Shown here: positions 18,025 through 28,988 of the stretch, one piece after another
Layout of the letters: every line of letters starts with the position of its first letter
How positions within the stretch are numbered: position 1 is the stretch's first letter
Assembly: GCA_963665095.1 (NCBI GenBank)
Contig: OY762069.1
Coordinates: 6,496,001-6,560,000, forward strand
Source of the DNA: an uncultured Desulfobacter sp.
GTDB lineage: Bacteria > Desulfobacterota > Desulfobacteria > Desulfobacterales > Desulfobacteraceae
Reading direction: 5' to 3'
Length of the DNA stretch: 64,000 bases
Position numbers and translations under genes: made by a program
The notes under the pieces: model-generated
The model's input: the letters and a program-made list of their open reading frames with translations, nothing else
Told to the model about the DNA's origin: nothing
Database searches by the model: none

Positions 18025-19446
18025 ATGCTGATTCGACTGGCATGCGCCATTAAAGAGAAAAATATCCTTACTCAGCTTTCAAACAGAATGGAAGAGCAGG
18101 ACGTCCAGCTCCAGTTTTTTAAGCCAACAACGCTTTCGTGGCAGGCTCTTGCCAGAAGTTGTGCGGATGTCTTTATTGTCAGCAGTTCTGCAGTACCAAA
18201 ACCTGTGGAGTCCAGCATCTCTTTGCTCAATGAACTGCCGGAGTCGCCCATGACCATTGTTTTGCATAACCGGGAGTCATCTGAAGAGCATGCCAACCTG
18301 CTGGCGGCCGGTGTTGATGTGGTGCTTTATTCCGGTATCTCAACGGACAGCCTTTTAGAGGCCATTGACACAACGCTGGAGTCCCGGCGGCAGTTCTACT
18401 ATTCCGAACGCTTTGACCGGCGGGGACGGTTTCTGCCCCGGCTTAACGATTTTACCTCCAACAGCCGTCAGATGCAGGTGTTTCTTGATGAGACCCGGCA
18501 GGTGGTATCCAGTGATGCCACAATCCTGCTGTTAGGCGAAACAGGTGTGGGCAAGGAGCATCTGTCCAAAGCCATACATACGGACAGCCACCGGTCCACA
18601 GGTCCCTTTATCGCCATCAACATGGCCGCCATTCCGGAACAGCTCATGGAAAGCGAACTGTTCGGCCATGAGCAGGGTGCGTTTACCGGAGCGGTGCGTT
18701 CCCGGCGCGGAGCCTTTGAAATGGCCCACGGCGGCACCATTTTTCTGGATGAAATAGGGGAGATGCCCTTGCAGATGCAGACCAAACTGCTCAGGGTACT
18801 CCAGGAACTTGAATTTACGCCTGTGGGCGGTGAGAAACCGGTGTGGGTGGATGTCAGGGTCATTGCAGCCACCAATAAAGATCTTGAAAAGGAGATTGAA
18901 AAAGGCACCTTCCGAAAAGATCTTTACTACCGGTTAGGGGTGATCACGCTTACACTTCCGCCCCTGAGAAAAAGAAAGGAGGATATTCCCTCCCTGGCCA
19001 ACCATTTTCTGACCATGAACCAGCAGAAATTCGGCCGGAATCTCAAACGCTTTTCTCCCCAGGCCATGGAGGCCCTGTGCCGGTACGAGTGGCCGGGAAA
19101 CATCCGGGAACTCATGAATGTGATTGAGCGGGCCGTGCTGCTCTGCAAATCAGATACCGTGGGGCTGACCGAACTGCCGACGGTTTTTCATCACCCCCTG
19201 CCCGCAACAGGCAACGGGCATGTGTCCGGCTTTCCTTTCCCCCAAAAGTGGGAGTCCATGACTCTGCCTGAGGTCAAGGAGGCGGTGTATGACCGGGTGG
19301 AGGCCCAGTACCTTGCCATGGTCCTGAAAAAAACAAAAGGCCGGATCAATGAAACCGCCCAGATTGCCGGAATCCATCCCAGGGGGCTTTATGCCAAAAT
19401 GAAAAAACTGGGACTGGACAAGGCTGATTTTAAACTTCAAGGATAA
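18025..19446 (+). CDS. Sigma-54-dependent enhancer-binding protein with degenerate receiver domain
   Basis: GETGVGKE, ESELFGHEQGAFTGA, FLDEIGE, DLYYRL, WPGNIREL, C-terminal Fis-type HTH. Confidence 0.95.
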   Translation: MLIRLACAIKEKNILTQLSNRMEEQDVQLQFFKPTTLSWQALARSCADVFIVSSSAVPKPVESSISLLNELPESPMTIVLHNRESSEEHANLLAAGVDVVLYSGISTDSLLEAIDTTLESRRQFYYSERFDRRGRFLPRLNDFTSNSRQMQVFLDETRQVVSSDATILLLGETGVGKEHLSKAIHTDSHRSTGPFIAINMAAIPEQLMESELFGHEQGAFTGAVRSRRGAFEMAHGGTIFLDEIGEMPLQMQTKLLRVLQELEFTPVGGEKPVWVDVRVIAATNKDLEKEIEKGTFRKDLYYRLGVITLTLPPLRKRKEDIPSLANHFLTMNQQKFGRNLKRFSPQAMEALCRYEWPGNIRELMNVIERAVLLCKSDTVGLTELPTVFHHPLPATGNGHVSGFPFPQKWESMTLPEVKEAVYDRVEAQYLAMVLKKTKGRINETAQIAGIHPRGLYAKMKKLGLDKADFKLQG

Positions 19447-19457
19447 CCACTGTTAAT

Positions 19458-20048
19458 ATGTATTCTCCATTTCATTATCAGATTTCAGAGTATGACTGCG
19501 TTCCTGCGGCGCTTACCAATGCAGTTTCTTTCCTTTTTCACAGAAAGGAGATTCCTCCCATGGTGATTCAGCACATTTATCTTTATTGCCTGGACACCGT
19601 GGGCCGGAATTGCCGGTTCGGCATCGGCGGCACCAGTAAGTATGCGGTTCGCCTGGTGGGCAACTGGCTGGACTCTTACAAAATGAAATCCTTTGCAGTG
19701 AAAACCCAATTTCTGGAGAAGGCGGCTGTGAATATGGCGCCGGGCGGGCAGATTGAAACCTGCCTTGAAGAGGGCGGTGTGGTGCTTTGCAATATTCTTT
19801 TAACCCCCCGGGACGAACACTACCTTATGATAACGGCCATGGATGATGAGTGGGTATATTGTTTTGATTCATACCGCCGGCAGTCCATCCGCGGTATGAA
19901 AGGTATGGCCCGGGTCATTGAACCTGAAGACGGGCGGGCCGCCAACCTGAAAATCAGGCGGGACTGGATTGGCCAGGATCAGGTGACGCGCTTTTGTCTT
20001 GGCCCCATGGATATGCGGGAAAGCCTTCTTGTCTGGCGGATATCCTGA
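19458..20048 (+). CDS. Putative papain-fold cysteine peptidase (C39-like)
   Basis: YQISEYDCVPAA (Q-x5-C), EHYLMI, VYCFDS: Cys-His-Asp order and spacing resemble C39 peptidases. Confidence 0.6.
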   Translation: MYSPFHYQISEYDCVPAALTNAVSFLFHRKEIPPMVIQHIYLYCLDTVGRNCRFGIGGTSKYAVRLVGNWLDSYKMKSFAVKTQFLEKAAVNMAPGGQIETCLEEGGVVLCNILLTPRDEHYLMITAMDDEWVYCFDSYRRQSIRGMKGMARVIEPEDGRAANLKIRRDWIGQDQVTRFCLGPMDMRESLLVWRIS

Positions 20049-20076
20049 ACCGGACAATGTCTAAGGATGAATGAAT

Positions 20077-20105
20077 TTGACACAAGGGTAAAGAAGGGTT
20101 AGTTT
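20077..20105 (+). promoter_or_regulatory. Candidate sigma-70 promoter
   Basis: TTGACA-17 bp-TAGTTT. Confidence 0.5.
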
Positions 20106-20130
20106 TAAAAATCCTCGCAGAATGAACCAG

Positions 20131-20156
20131 GGCTCCCTATTGAAGGGAGCTTTTTT
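20131..20156 (+). terminator. Terminator-like hairpin overlapping the putative RBS of the next gene
   Basis: GCTCCCT-ATTGA-AGGGAGC followed by TTTTTT. Confidence 0.65.
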
Positions 20157-20972
20157 GTGGCAGATCAGATCACGATTGGAACAAGGGTAATGCAAATGAC
20201 AAATTCCATATTTCAAAATAAGGCCCTGCTGATTGCCATTGCCGTGGTACTGGTTTTGGTGGAACTTCAGATTTTTTTTATTTTTTCTGCTAAATCGGGT
20301 GAAAAGCACACCCTGCAGATTTTAAATGATCAGGGCACCGTGATTTATGAAACGGATGGCCAGCATTTGACCCAGTTTAAAAAATATTATTTTGAAGCCA
20401 CCTTTGGGCCCTTTGAGAATTATGAGAAAAAGCTGGTGAGCCGGACGGTACCTTTTCCCTTCCGGGGCTGGTTTGCAACGGCTGTGGGCTTTCCCATGGG
20501 GTTTGTTCTGCTGTTTTCATTTATTGTTTCTGCCATCTCTACTCTTTTCGGCAAGAAAAACAAGCAGGATCAGGAAGCCAAAAAGGAGGATCCCCAGCCC
20601 AAGGGACGGGTGGACCAGTTTCTGGCCCAGATCAACCGCATGAATATATTTATGGTGGGTGGTGCGGTTTTTTTAATTGTGCTGGCCTTCTGGGTTCTGC
20701 CCAACCTGGTGACGATTATCGGCCAGACCGGCCTTGAGATTATTGACCGGTATCGGTGGTTTTTTGCCGTGGCCGGCATTGCCGTTCTTCTGATTTTTGC
20801 CTGGTTTCTTTATCTGCGGTTTCTTCTGGCCAAAAAGGCCCTGGAGGCGGAAACCCATCTCCGCGAGCATCAGATGAACCTCAACAGTCTGCCCGGGCCT
20901 GATTCTTCACCCCTCAGAATCGAAGATAAATCCGATCCATCAATAATGGATGTTGATATCTCTGAAGAATAG
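20157..20972 (+). CDS. Hypothetical membrane protein (about 4 TM segments)
   Basis: Four hydrophobic stretches; start may be GTG 20157 or ATG 20190. Confidence 0.75.
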   Translation: MADQITIGTRVMQMTNSIFQNKALLIAIAVVLVLVELQIFFIFSAKSGEKHTLQILNDQGTVIYETDGQHLTQFKKYYFEATFGPFENYEKKLVSRTVPFPFRGWFATAVGFPMGFVLLFSFIVSAISTLFGKKNKQDQEAKKEDPQPKGRVDQFLAQINRMNIFMVGGAVFLIVLAFWVLPNLVTIIGQTGLEIIDRYRWFFAVAGIAVLLIFAWFLYLRFLLAKKALEAETHLREHQMNLNSLPGPDSSPLRIEDKSDPSIMDVDISEE

Positions 20973-21066
20973 ATTGTACTGTTTACTTTATTTGCCTTTT
21001 AAAGGCCCGTCAAATTGCACTTGAGGATCGTATACTTTTGAGGGCCTGCCCTGGGTGATCTGTTTT

Positions 21067-23616
21067 TCAGTTTTTGTATTTTGAATTCAGATAATCCAGG
21101 ACCTGTTGGGGGGAGGTCAGATTGATCACTGCCTGGGCCATCTCTCTGGCTTCCGACATGGACACATTGCCCACCGTTTTTTTTACATCAGGGATGGCAG
21201 GGGCGTTCATGCTCAATTCGTCCAGGCCCATGCCAACCAGGATCGGGGTGACCAGGGGATTGCCGGCAAGCTCCCCGCACATACCCACCCAGATTCCTGC
21301 CTGACGGGCAGCGGCAGCTGTCTGGGACACCATGCGCAGCACCGCAGGGTGCAGGGCATTGGTGAGGTGGCTTACCTTGCGGTTGCCGCGGTCCGCACCC
21401 ATAACATACTGGGTGAGATCATTGGAGCCGATGCTGAAAAAGTCAGCCTCTTCAGCCAGCTGGTCTGCAACGGCCACAGCTGACGGCACCTCAATCATGA
21501 GTCCCACTTCAATAGTGTCATCAAAGGGGATTTCAGCGTCCGTCAGCTCCTGTTTCACTTCATTGAGCATGGCTTTGGCCTTGCAGAATTCCGGCTGGCT
21601 GCTGATCATGGGGAACATGATTTTGATATTGTGCCCGTGGCTGGCTTTTAGTATGGCCCGCAGCTGGGGTTTGAAAACCTCGGGATGTTCAAGGCAGAAC
21701 CGGATACCCCGCAGGCCCAGAAAGGGGTTCTCCTCCGGTGCCATGTCCAGATAAGGGATAAATTTGTCTCCGCCCACATCCAGGGTACGGATAACCAGGG
21801 GCTGTTTCCCCATGGCTGCGGCGACTTCGGCATAGGCTGCCAGCTGTTCCTCTTCTGTGGGTGCCTGGGACCGGCCCAGAAACAGGAATTCGGTTCTGAA
21901 AAGCCCCACGCCGTCAGCGCCATAATCCAGAGCCACCCCGGTATCAAAGGGGCCGCCGATATTGGCTGCAACCTCAATGGTCTTCGCGTCTTTCCCCTTT
22001 GTCACTGCCGGTTGCAGGGCCTGGGCTTTGAGCGCATTCTGCCGGGATATCCACCGGTCACGCCGGGACTGTAATTCAGTCAGTTGTACCTGGGTGGGCC
22101 GGGGCCAGACCTGGCCGTTGGTGCCGTCCAGCGCAACCACAGTGCCTTCAGGTACGTCGCCTAATCCCTGGGGCAGGCCTACCACGGCGGGAATACCTAA
22201 GGCTTTGGCCACAATGGCGCTGTGGGAGGTGGCGCCGCCTTGTTCGGTGCAGAACGCCAGAACTTTTTCAGGATTCAGGCGGGCCGTATCTGATGGGGTC
22301 AGCTCGAATGCAAATACAATTGAGGGGTGCAAGAAATCCAGGCCGGGAAGCGCCTCCCCCAGCAAATGCCGCAACACCCGTCTGCCCACATCAATGACGT
22401 CTGCCGCACGTTCCCGAAGATATGGGTCTTCCAGTCTGCGGTATTCATCTGCCATGGCCTCAATGGCGTTGCTCCAGGCAGATTCTGCGTTTATTTTCCT
22501 GTTAATCACCTGATCTTTTACCCCATCCAGCAGGGCCGGATCATCCAGAAACATTTGCTGGGCATCAAAAATGGCGGCCTGGTCAGCACCGATCTGCCGG
22601 GCAGCCTGATTTTTCAAAAGATCAAGGTCCTGTTTGGCCTGGTCAAGGCTGCCCTGGAATTTTTCCCATTCCACATCACCATTTTCTATTAAAGTTGCAG
22701 TAACTTCCGGCATCCGGGAAGTGTAATGGGCCACAGGGCCGATGGCAATGCCGGGTGAGGCTGGAATGCCGGTTAAAATACCATCGGCATTCTTTTGGGG
22801 GGCAGACGCTGGTGGGGCCTCGGATGATTGGGGGATGTCTGAATTGTCCTCCTTATCACCAAATTTATCTTCAGCCAGAACCTGGATGGCATCCAGTGCG
22901 GCCCGGGCATCGGGTCCCGTTGCCTTGACAACAATGCTGTCATTGTGGCCTGCGCCCAGGGTGGCTACCTGGTTGATGCTTTTTGCATTGGCGGTTTTTT
23001 CGCCTTTAGCCACTGTGATATTGGATTGAAACCGGCCGGCGGTTTTAACGAAATTGGCTGCAGGCCTGGCATGCAGGCCCATACGGTTGAGAATGGTAAT
23101 GGTGATCTGAACTGTGTCGCCAGGCGGCTCAGCCGGGCAGGGTGAGTCTGCATCAGGGTTGGAACCCGGCAGGCGTGTCATATCTGATCCGGGTGGCACC
23201 CCCATGGCCGGTGACAGCTGATCCATTTTGGCGGAAAGTGCTCCCATGGCTTCATGCATCACCTGCTCAAGGGTGCTGCCGATGGACGCTTGAACTGCTG
23301 CGGCCACAGCACCTTCCACAATGGGGGCGGCACATAGTTTTACCTTTTCCTGCTGTGCCGGCTCAAGAAATTCCAGTGCCATCTCTGCACTGAGAAGTGC
23401 CGAACCCAGGTCCATGAGCACCAGTACCCCGTCTTCACTGAAAACAGATTCAATTGCGGCCTGAACTTTAAAGGCATCCGTGCCAATGGGATTTTCCGGA
23501 TCATCTATGCCGCCGGCAACGGCAATCTGACCCTGTCCCCGGGTCATTTGTTCTGCCAGCTCTTTTACGCCCTGGGCCAGGGCGGCACTATGGGAAACTA
23601 TGACAAGACCAACCAT
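21067..23616 (-). CDS. dhaM: Multidomain PTS phosphotransfer protein: EIIA(Dha)-HPr-complete Enzyme I
   Basis: MVGLVIVSHS and DLGSA (DhaM EIIA), GLHARPA (HPr), TSHSAI (EI His), GLFRTEFLF, RTLDVGGDK, NDLTQY, GMCGE (EI C-terminal domain). Confidence 0.92.
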   Translation of the reverse strand: MVGLVIVSHSAALAQGVKELAEQMTRGQGQIAVAGGIDDPENPIGTDAFKVQAAIESVFSEDGVLVLMDLGSALLSAEMALEFLEPAQQEKVKLCAAPIVEGAVAAAVQASIGSTLEQVMHEAMGALSAKMDQLSPAMGVPPGSDMTRLPGSNPDADSPCPAEPPGDTVQITITILNRMGLHARPAANFVKTAGRFQSNITVAKGEKTANAKSINQVATLGAGHNDSIVVKATGPDARAALDAIQVLAEDKFGDKEDNSDIPQSSEAPPASAPQKNADGILTGIPASPGIAIGPVAHYTSRMPEVTATLIENGDVEWEKFQGSLDQAKQDLDLLKNQAARQIGADQAAIFDAQQMFLDDPALLDGVKDQVINRKINAESAWSNAIEAMADEYRRLEDPYLRERAADVIDVGRRVLRHLLGEALPGLDFLHPSIVFAFELTPSDTARLNPEKVLAFCTEQGGATSHSAIVAKALGIPAVVGLPQGLGDVPEGTVVALDGTNGQVWPRPTQVQLTELQSRRDRWISRQNALKAQALQPAVTKGKDAKTIEVAANIGGPFDTGVALDYGADGVGLFRTEFLFLGRSQAPTEEEQLAAYAEVAAAMGKQPLVIRTLDVGGDKFIPYLDMAPEENPFLGLRGIRFCLEHPEVFKPQLRAILKASHGHNIKIMFPMISSQPEFCKAKAMLNEVKQELTDAEIPFDDTIEVGLMIEVPSAVAVADQLAEEADFFSIGSNDLTQYVMGADRGNRKVSHLTNALHPAVLRMVSQTAAAARQAGIWVGMCGELAGNPLVTPILVGMGLDELSMNAPAIPDVKKTVGNVSMSEAREMAQAVINLTSPQQVLDYLNSKYKN

Positions 23617-23741
23617 AATTCTTTTTTCCTTTGTCAGCCCTGATTGCCGTCAACCTACCATTGGCTGCTGTGAACCAAACAGTATAAAAAGCCTTTACCC
23701 GGTTCCGGCGTTTGTCGTAAGGGCCCGGGTCGGTCTGTCAA

Positions 23742-24374
23742 TCAGGCCTCAAGCGTTTCTAAAAACGTTTTAAGCAATAGGCAGGAGGAGGTGGCACCCG
23801 GGTCCTGATGCCCGATGCTGCGTTCTCCCAGGTAGCTCGCCCGGCCTTTTTTGGCCTGAAGGGGAATGGTGGCTGAAAGCCCCGTTTCGGCAGCTGCTAC
23901 CCCGGCCTTCATCAGCGCCAGAGTATCGCTGCCTTTGGATAACTCTGTCTGAATGGTTTCCAGAACCGGAGCCCAGACATCATACATGGTTTTGTCTCCC
24001 ACCTGTGGACGGCCACGCTGGATAATCCCGTCAACACCGCCCTTGAACATGGCGTACAGATCATTGTCATCCAGCTCTTCCTTCCCGGGAGCAGCTGCTG
24101 CTGCACGCATGAAAAAGGTGCCGTAAAGCGGACCGCTGGCACCGCCAACACTTGAAATCAATGTCATGCCGGTCTGTTTTAAGATATTGCCGATGTCTGA
24201 ATCGGCCAGGCTGGGCAGCTTTTCCTGAACTTTTTTAAACCCCCGGGCCATGTTGAACCCGTGGTCTGCATCACCGATTTCAGCATCCAGCTGGGTGAGG
24301 TAGTCTTTGTTTTCCTGGATGACATCTGCTGATTTCTGCAGCCATGTGATGATTTGCTCTTTGCTGACACTCAT
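23742..24374 (-). CDS. dhaL: Dihydroxyacetone kinase subunit L
   Basis: GDADHG, GGASGPLYG, GDKTM, KGRASYLGERSIGHQDPGATS. Start set at ATG 24374. Confidence 0.95.
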   Translation of the reverse strand: MSVSKEQIITWLQKSADVIQENKDYLTQLDAEIGDADHGFNMARGFKKVQEKLPSLADSDIGNILKQTGMTLISSVGGASGPLYGTFFMRAAAAAPGKEELDDNDLYAMFKGGVDGIIQRGRPQVGDKTMYDVWAPVLETIQTELSKGSDTLALMKAGVAAAETGLSATIPLQAKKGRASYLGERSIGHQDPGATSSCLLLKTFLETLEA

Positions 24375-24490
24375 AGTTGCGCTCCGTAGAATATTAATTA
24401 GGGATGGTGGTACGGGTGCTATTATATCACCATGCACCAGCATCCCCAATCCTTATAAGGCATTAATTGTATCTAAACGCCGTATCGGTT

Positions 24491-25558
24491 TTATACGCCC
24501 CACCGAAGCCCCGGGGTGTTGACTGGTGCATCCCAGAATTTAAGGATCTCCTCGTCAGTCTTGAGCAGGGTAATGGAACAGCCCTGCATTTCCAGGGATG
24601 TAATATAAGGGCCGATCAGGTTGCGCACAATCTTGATGCCTTTGGCATCACATACCTCCACAAGCTTGCTGTAAACCGCGTAGAGCTCGGACAGAGGCGT
24701 TCCGCCCATGCTGTTGACAAAGGCAATCACTTCATCTCCTTTGGCAAAGGGCTTATCCGTAAGTGTTTTTTCTTCCCAGTCACCTTTCTGGGCATCCCAT
24801 TCACGCACAGTGCGGGTGTATGCTTCATCATCAATGATGGACAGGGCCATCTGTTCGGTGATCTCATCCACGGTTTTCATCTTGGTTCGTTCTGTACCCG
24901 GTTCTCCATGGATACCAATGCCCATTTCGATTTCATCCTCGGGCAGGTCAAAGGTGGGCTTCCCTGCTGCCGGTACTGTGCAGGAGGTCAGTGCCACACC
25001 CATGGAGCGGCCGTACTGGGAAACTTTCCGGGCAAGGTCAGCGCACTGTTCCAGGTCGTAGCCGGCTTCAGCAGCCGCGCCTACAATTTTTTCCACCAGT
25101 ACGGTGGTGCCCACGCCGCGGCGTCCGGCCGTGTAGAGACTGTCTTTTACCGCCACATCATCATCCACCAGGATGTTCTGCACTTTGATGCCGTCGGCAT
25201 GCACCATTTCTGCGGCAGTTTCAAAGTTCATGACGTCACCGGTATAGTTTTTCACCAGGAAGAGAACCCCTGCGTCAGAGGCAACTGCTTTGGCGCATTC
25301 GTACATCTGATCCGGTGTGGGGGAGGTAAAGACTTCGCCAGGGCAGGCACCATCCAGCATGCCCATGCCAACGAAGCCACCGTGCATGGGTTCATGCCCG
25401 GACCCGCCGCCGGAAATCAGTGCCACCTTTTTATTCGGAGCATCCGCACGGTATACAAAATGCGGATCAATTTTAACCGTGATTTCGGGATGGGCCTTGG
25501 CCACGCCTGCCAGTTGTTCTTTTACAACGTCGTCCACTGCATTAATGAGTTTTTTCAT
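24491..25558 (-). CDS. dhaK: Dihydroxyacetone kinase subunit K
   Basis: [32 protein letters not shown]. Confidence 0.96.
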   Translation of the reverse strand: MKKLINAVDDVVKEQLAGVAKAHPEITVKIDPHFVYRADAPNKKVALISGGGSGHEPMHGGFVGMGMLDGACPGEVFTSPTPDQMYECAKAVASDAGVLFLVKNYTGDVMNFETAAEMVHADGIKVQNILVDDDVAVKDSLYTAGRRGVGTTVLVEKIVGAAAEAGYDLEQCADLARKVSQYGRSMGVALTSCTVPAAGKPTFDLPEDEIEMGIGIHGEPGTERTKMKTVDEITEQMALSIIDDEAYTRTVREWDAQKGDWEEKTLTDKPFAKGDEVIAFVNSMGGTPLSELYAVYSKLVEVCDAKGIKIVRNLIGPYITSLEMQGCSITLLKTDEEILKFWDAPVNTPGLRWGV

Positions 25559-25665
25559 TATTGTGTTCCTTATGGGGTTTTAAATCTCCATTAATACACA
25601 GAAACGGCTGTGCGTATTTAGACATCATTGCGTTCTAAAAAACCGCTTCGCTCTTCCGGTTTAAA

Positions 25666-26469
25666 CTATTTGCCTTCGGGCAGAAACGGGGTGATAAACC
25701 AGTCATAGGTCAGCACGCCCAAAATACCGCCGATGACGGGGGCAATAATGGGAGCAACCAGCCAGTAGATACCGTCAAACAGCCCCTGTGTGCCTGAAAG
25801 AAGACCAAAAATCCGAGGGCCGAAGTCGCGGGCAGGGTTGATGGCGTAACCGGAAACACCGCCCAGTGAAGTACCGATAACCAGAACGGTGGCACCAACA
25901 AGCACGGGGCCTAAGTTTGCCCCGATGGCGGTATTGCGTGTATCACCGGAAGCAATAACGCCCCACAGCAGAACGGCCGTACCCAGGATCTCGTTGATAA
26001 CACAGGTGGACAGCGGGTAGGGGCCGATGGCATGGCGGGCAGCACCGGCAGCACCGCTTCCCCAGGCCATTGCATCAAAAACAGTGCCGGGTCCGGTCGT
26101 GTAAATGTTGGGAAGACCTGCAGCCACAAGTCCTTCACGGTAAGCCATGTAAACAGCGGCAGCGCCCAGGAACGCACCAATAACCTGGGCAATAATATAT
26201 GGCAGAACCATGCTCCAGGGCAACGCTTTCCTAACGGCCAGTGCAACAGTAACGGCCGGATTTAAATGGGCGCCTGAAACACCTGCAGTCACGTAGACGG
26301 CGATGGCAACAGCAAAACACCACCCGATGTTGATGAGCAGCCAGCTGTAGGACTCTGCTCCGGTACGAGGTCCAAGGCCCACCTGGGCACACACGCCTAA
26401 TCCCAGCAGCAGAAGGATAAATGTTCCAAATAGCTCAGCGATAAACGGACCTAAAACTTTGTTGTTCAT
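25666..26469 (-). CDS. glpF: Aquaglyceroporin / glycerol uptake facilitator
   Basis: SGAHLNPAVT and GYAINPARD motifs. Confidence 0.93.
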   Translation of the reverse strand: MNNKVLGPFIAELFGTFILLLLGLGVCAQVGLGPRTGAESYSWLLINIGWCFAVAIAVYVTAGVSGAHLNPAVTVALAVRKALPWSMVLPYIIAQVIGAFLGAAAVYMAYREGLVAAGLPNIYTTGPGTVFDAMAWGSGAAGAARHAIGPYPLSTCVINEILGTAVLLWGVIASGDTRNTAIGANLGPVLVGATVLVIGTSLGGVSGYAINPARDFGPRIFGLLSGTQGLFDGIYWLVAPIIAPVIGGILGVLTYDWFITPFLPEGK

Positions 26470-26703
26470 GACTATTTCCCTTTGTAAAAGTTAAATATTG
26501 TTAAAAATGTAAATTGTTCTATCTTTTTTGTCCTGACTTTTCATCTAATTATTAAAATAGTGTAGCCTTTTAAATTTTTTTAGCCGGCCAGCCTCCTTTC
26601 CCTGCCATGCTGTAACCCTTCAACATGGGAAGATATAAGTAAACCCTGCTTCATAATATGCTGACGCATGCAAAACAGCATATTATTAGCAATTTGCTAA
26701 TTT

Positions 26704-26732
26704 AACTTAGATAGAATGAGAAATTTTGTCAA
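26704..26732 (-). promoter_or_regulatory. Sigma-70 promoter of glpF-dhaKLM
   Basis: Minus strand TTGACA-17 bp-TAAGTT, downstream of the glpK terminator. Confidence 0.55.
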
Positions 26733-26867
26733 GTGAATACAAGGTCAAAATTTTGATTTTTTTTATCCAAAATGTATATATATTATGCTATATTCGGTCC
26801 TCACCCCATACAGAGATACCCTACACCCTATAATGCCTACTCTACACCCTATATATCTAGTCTTTTT

Positions 26868-26908
26868 CAAAAAAAGAGCTGCATGAGACATCCCCATGCA
26901 GCTCTTTT
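26868..26908 (-). terminator. Intrinsic terminator of glpK
   Basis: AAAAGAGCTGCATG...CATGCAGCTCTTTT perfect stem with U tract on the minus strand. Confidence 0.85.
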
Positions 26909-26937
26909 AAGTAATATATATTTAGATAATAAAGGGT

Positions 26938-28449
<1,512 letters not shown>

Positions 28450-28988
28450 TTAAGTGGTTGCTTGTTTCTACCCGTCTAATCCATTGTAAAATCGGTATTA
28501 GACACTGCTCCAAAAAAAGGTATCGCTGTTTTTGGGCGGCCTGACTTCAAACATGGCATCTGCCAGGTTGTTCTTATTATCGGCTCCGCTTGAAATATTC
28601 ATTTGTGAACACTAACTTTTAATTAAATTGTAAACACAAATAATATTCAAACAATTATGTCATTTTTAGTTCAGTAACTGACATAAATCAAGATAAAATT
28701 TTCAAAATTGAAAAAATGGTTTTTCATTGATGTCTCTATATTTGTTAAATTTATTTACAAATTTATGCGAATATGTATTATTGGAATAAACTAATTTTCA
28801 TTTTGGAATATTATTGCGGTAAAACAGAGCGATGTGAAAAATTTTACTGTACAAAGGTGAAGAATATTCAGGTGCGCAGTTTTCCTGAAAGTTGTGATTT
28901 ATTGTTGTTAGACATCTGGCTTAGTGGTAGGGTCGCCATGGCAGTTAGTTGATCCTGAGTGAAAAAACGGTATGAAAGACGGGTAAAA

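Noticed and set aside
24401..24446. Imperfect hairpin between dhaK and dhaL, and another at 21003-21047
   Set aside because: Plausible mRNA-stability or terminator elements, but weak, ordinary and without clear U tracts.
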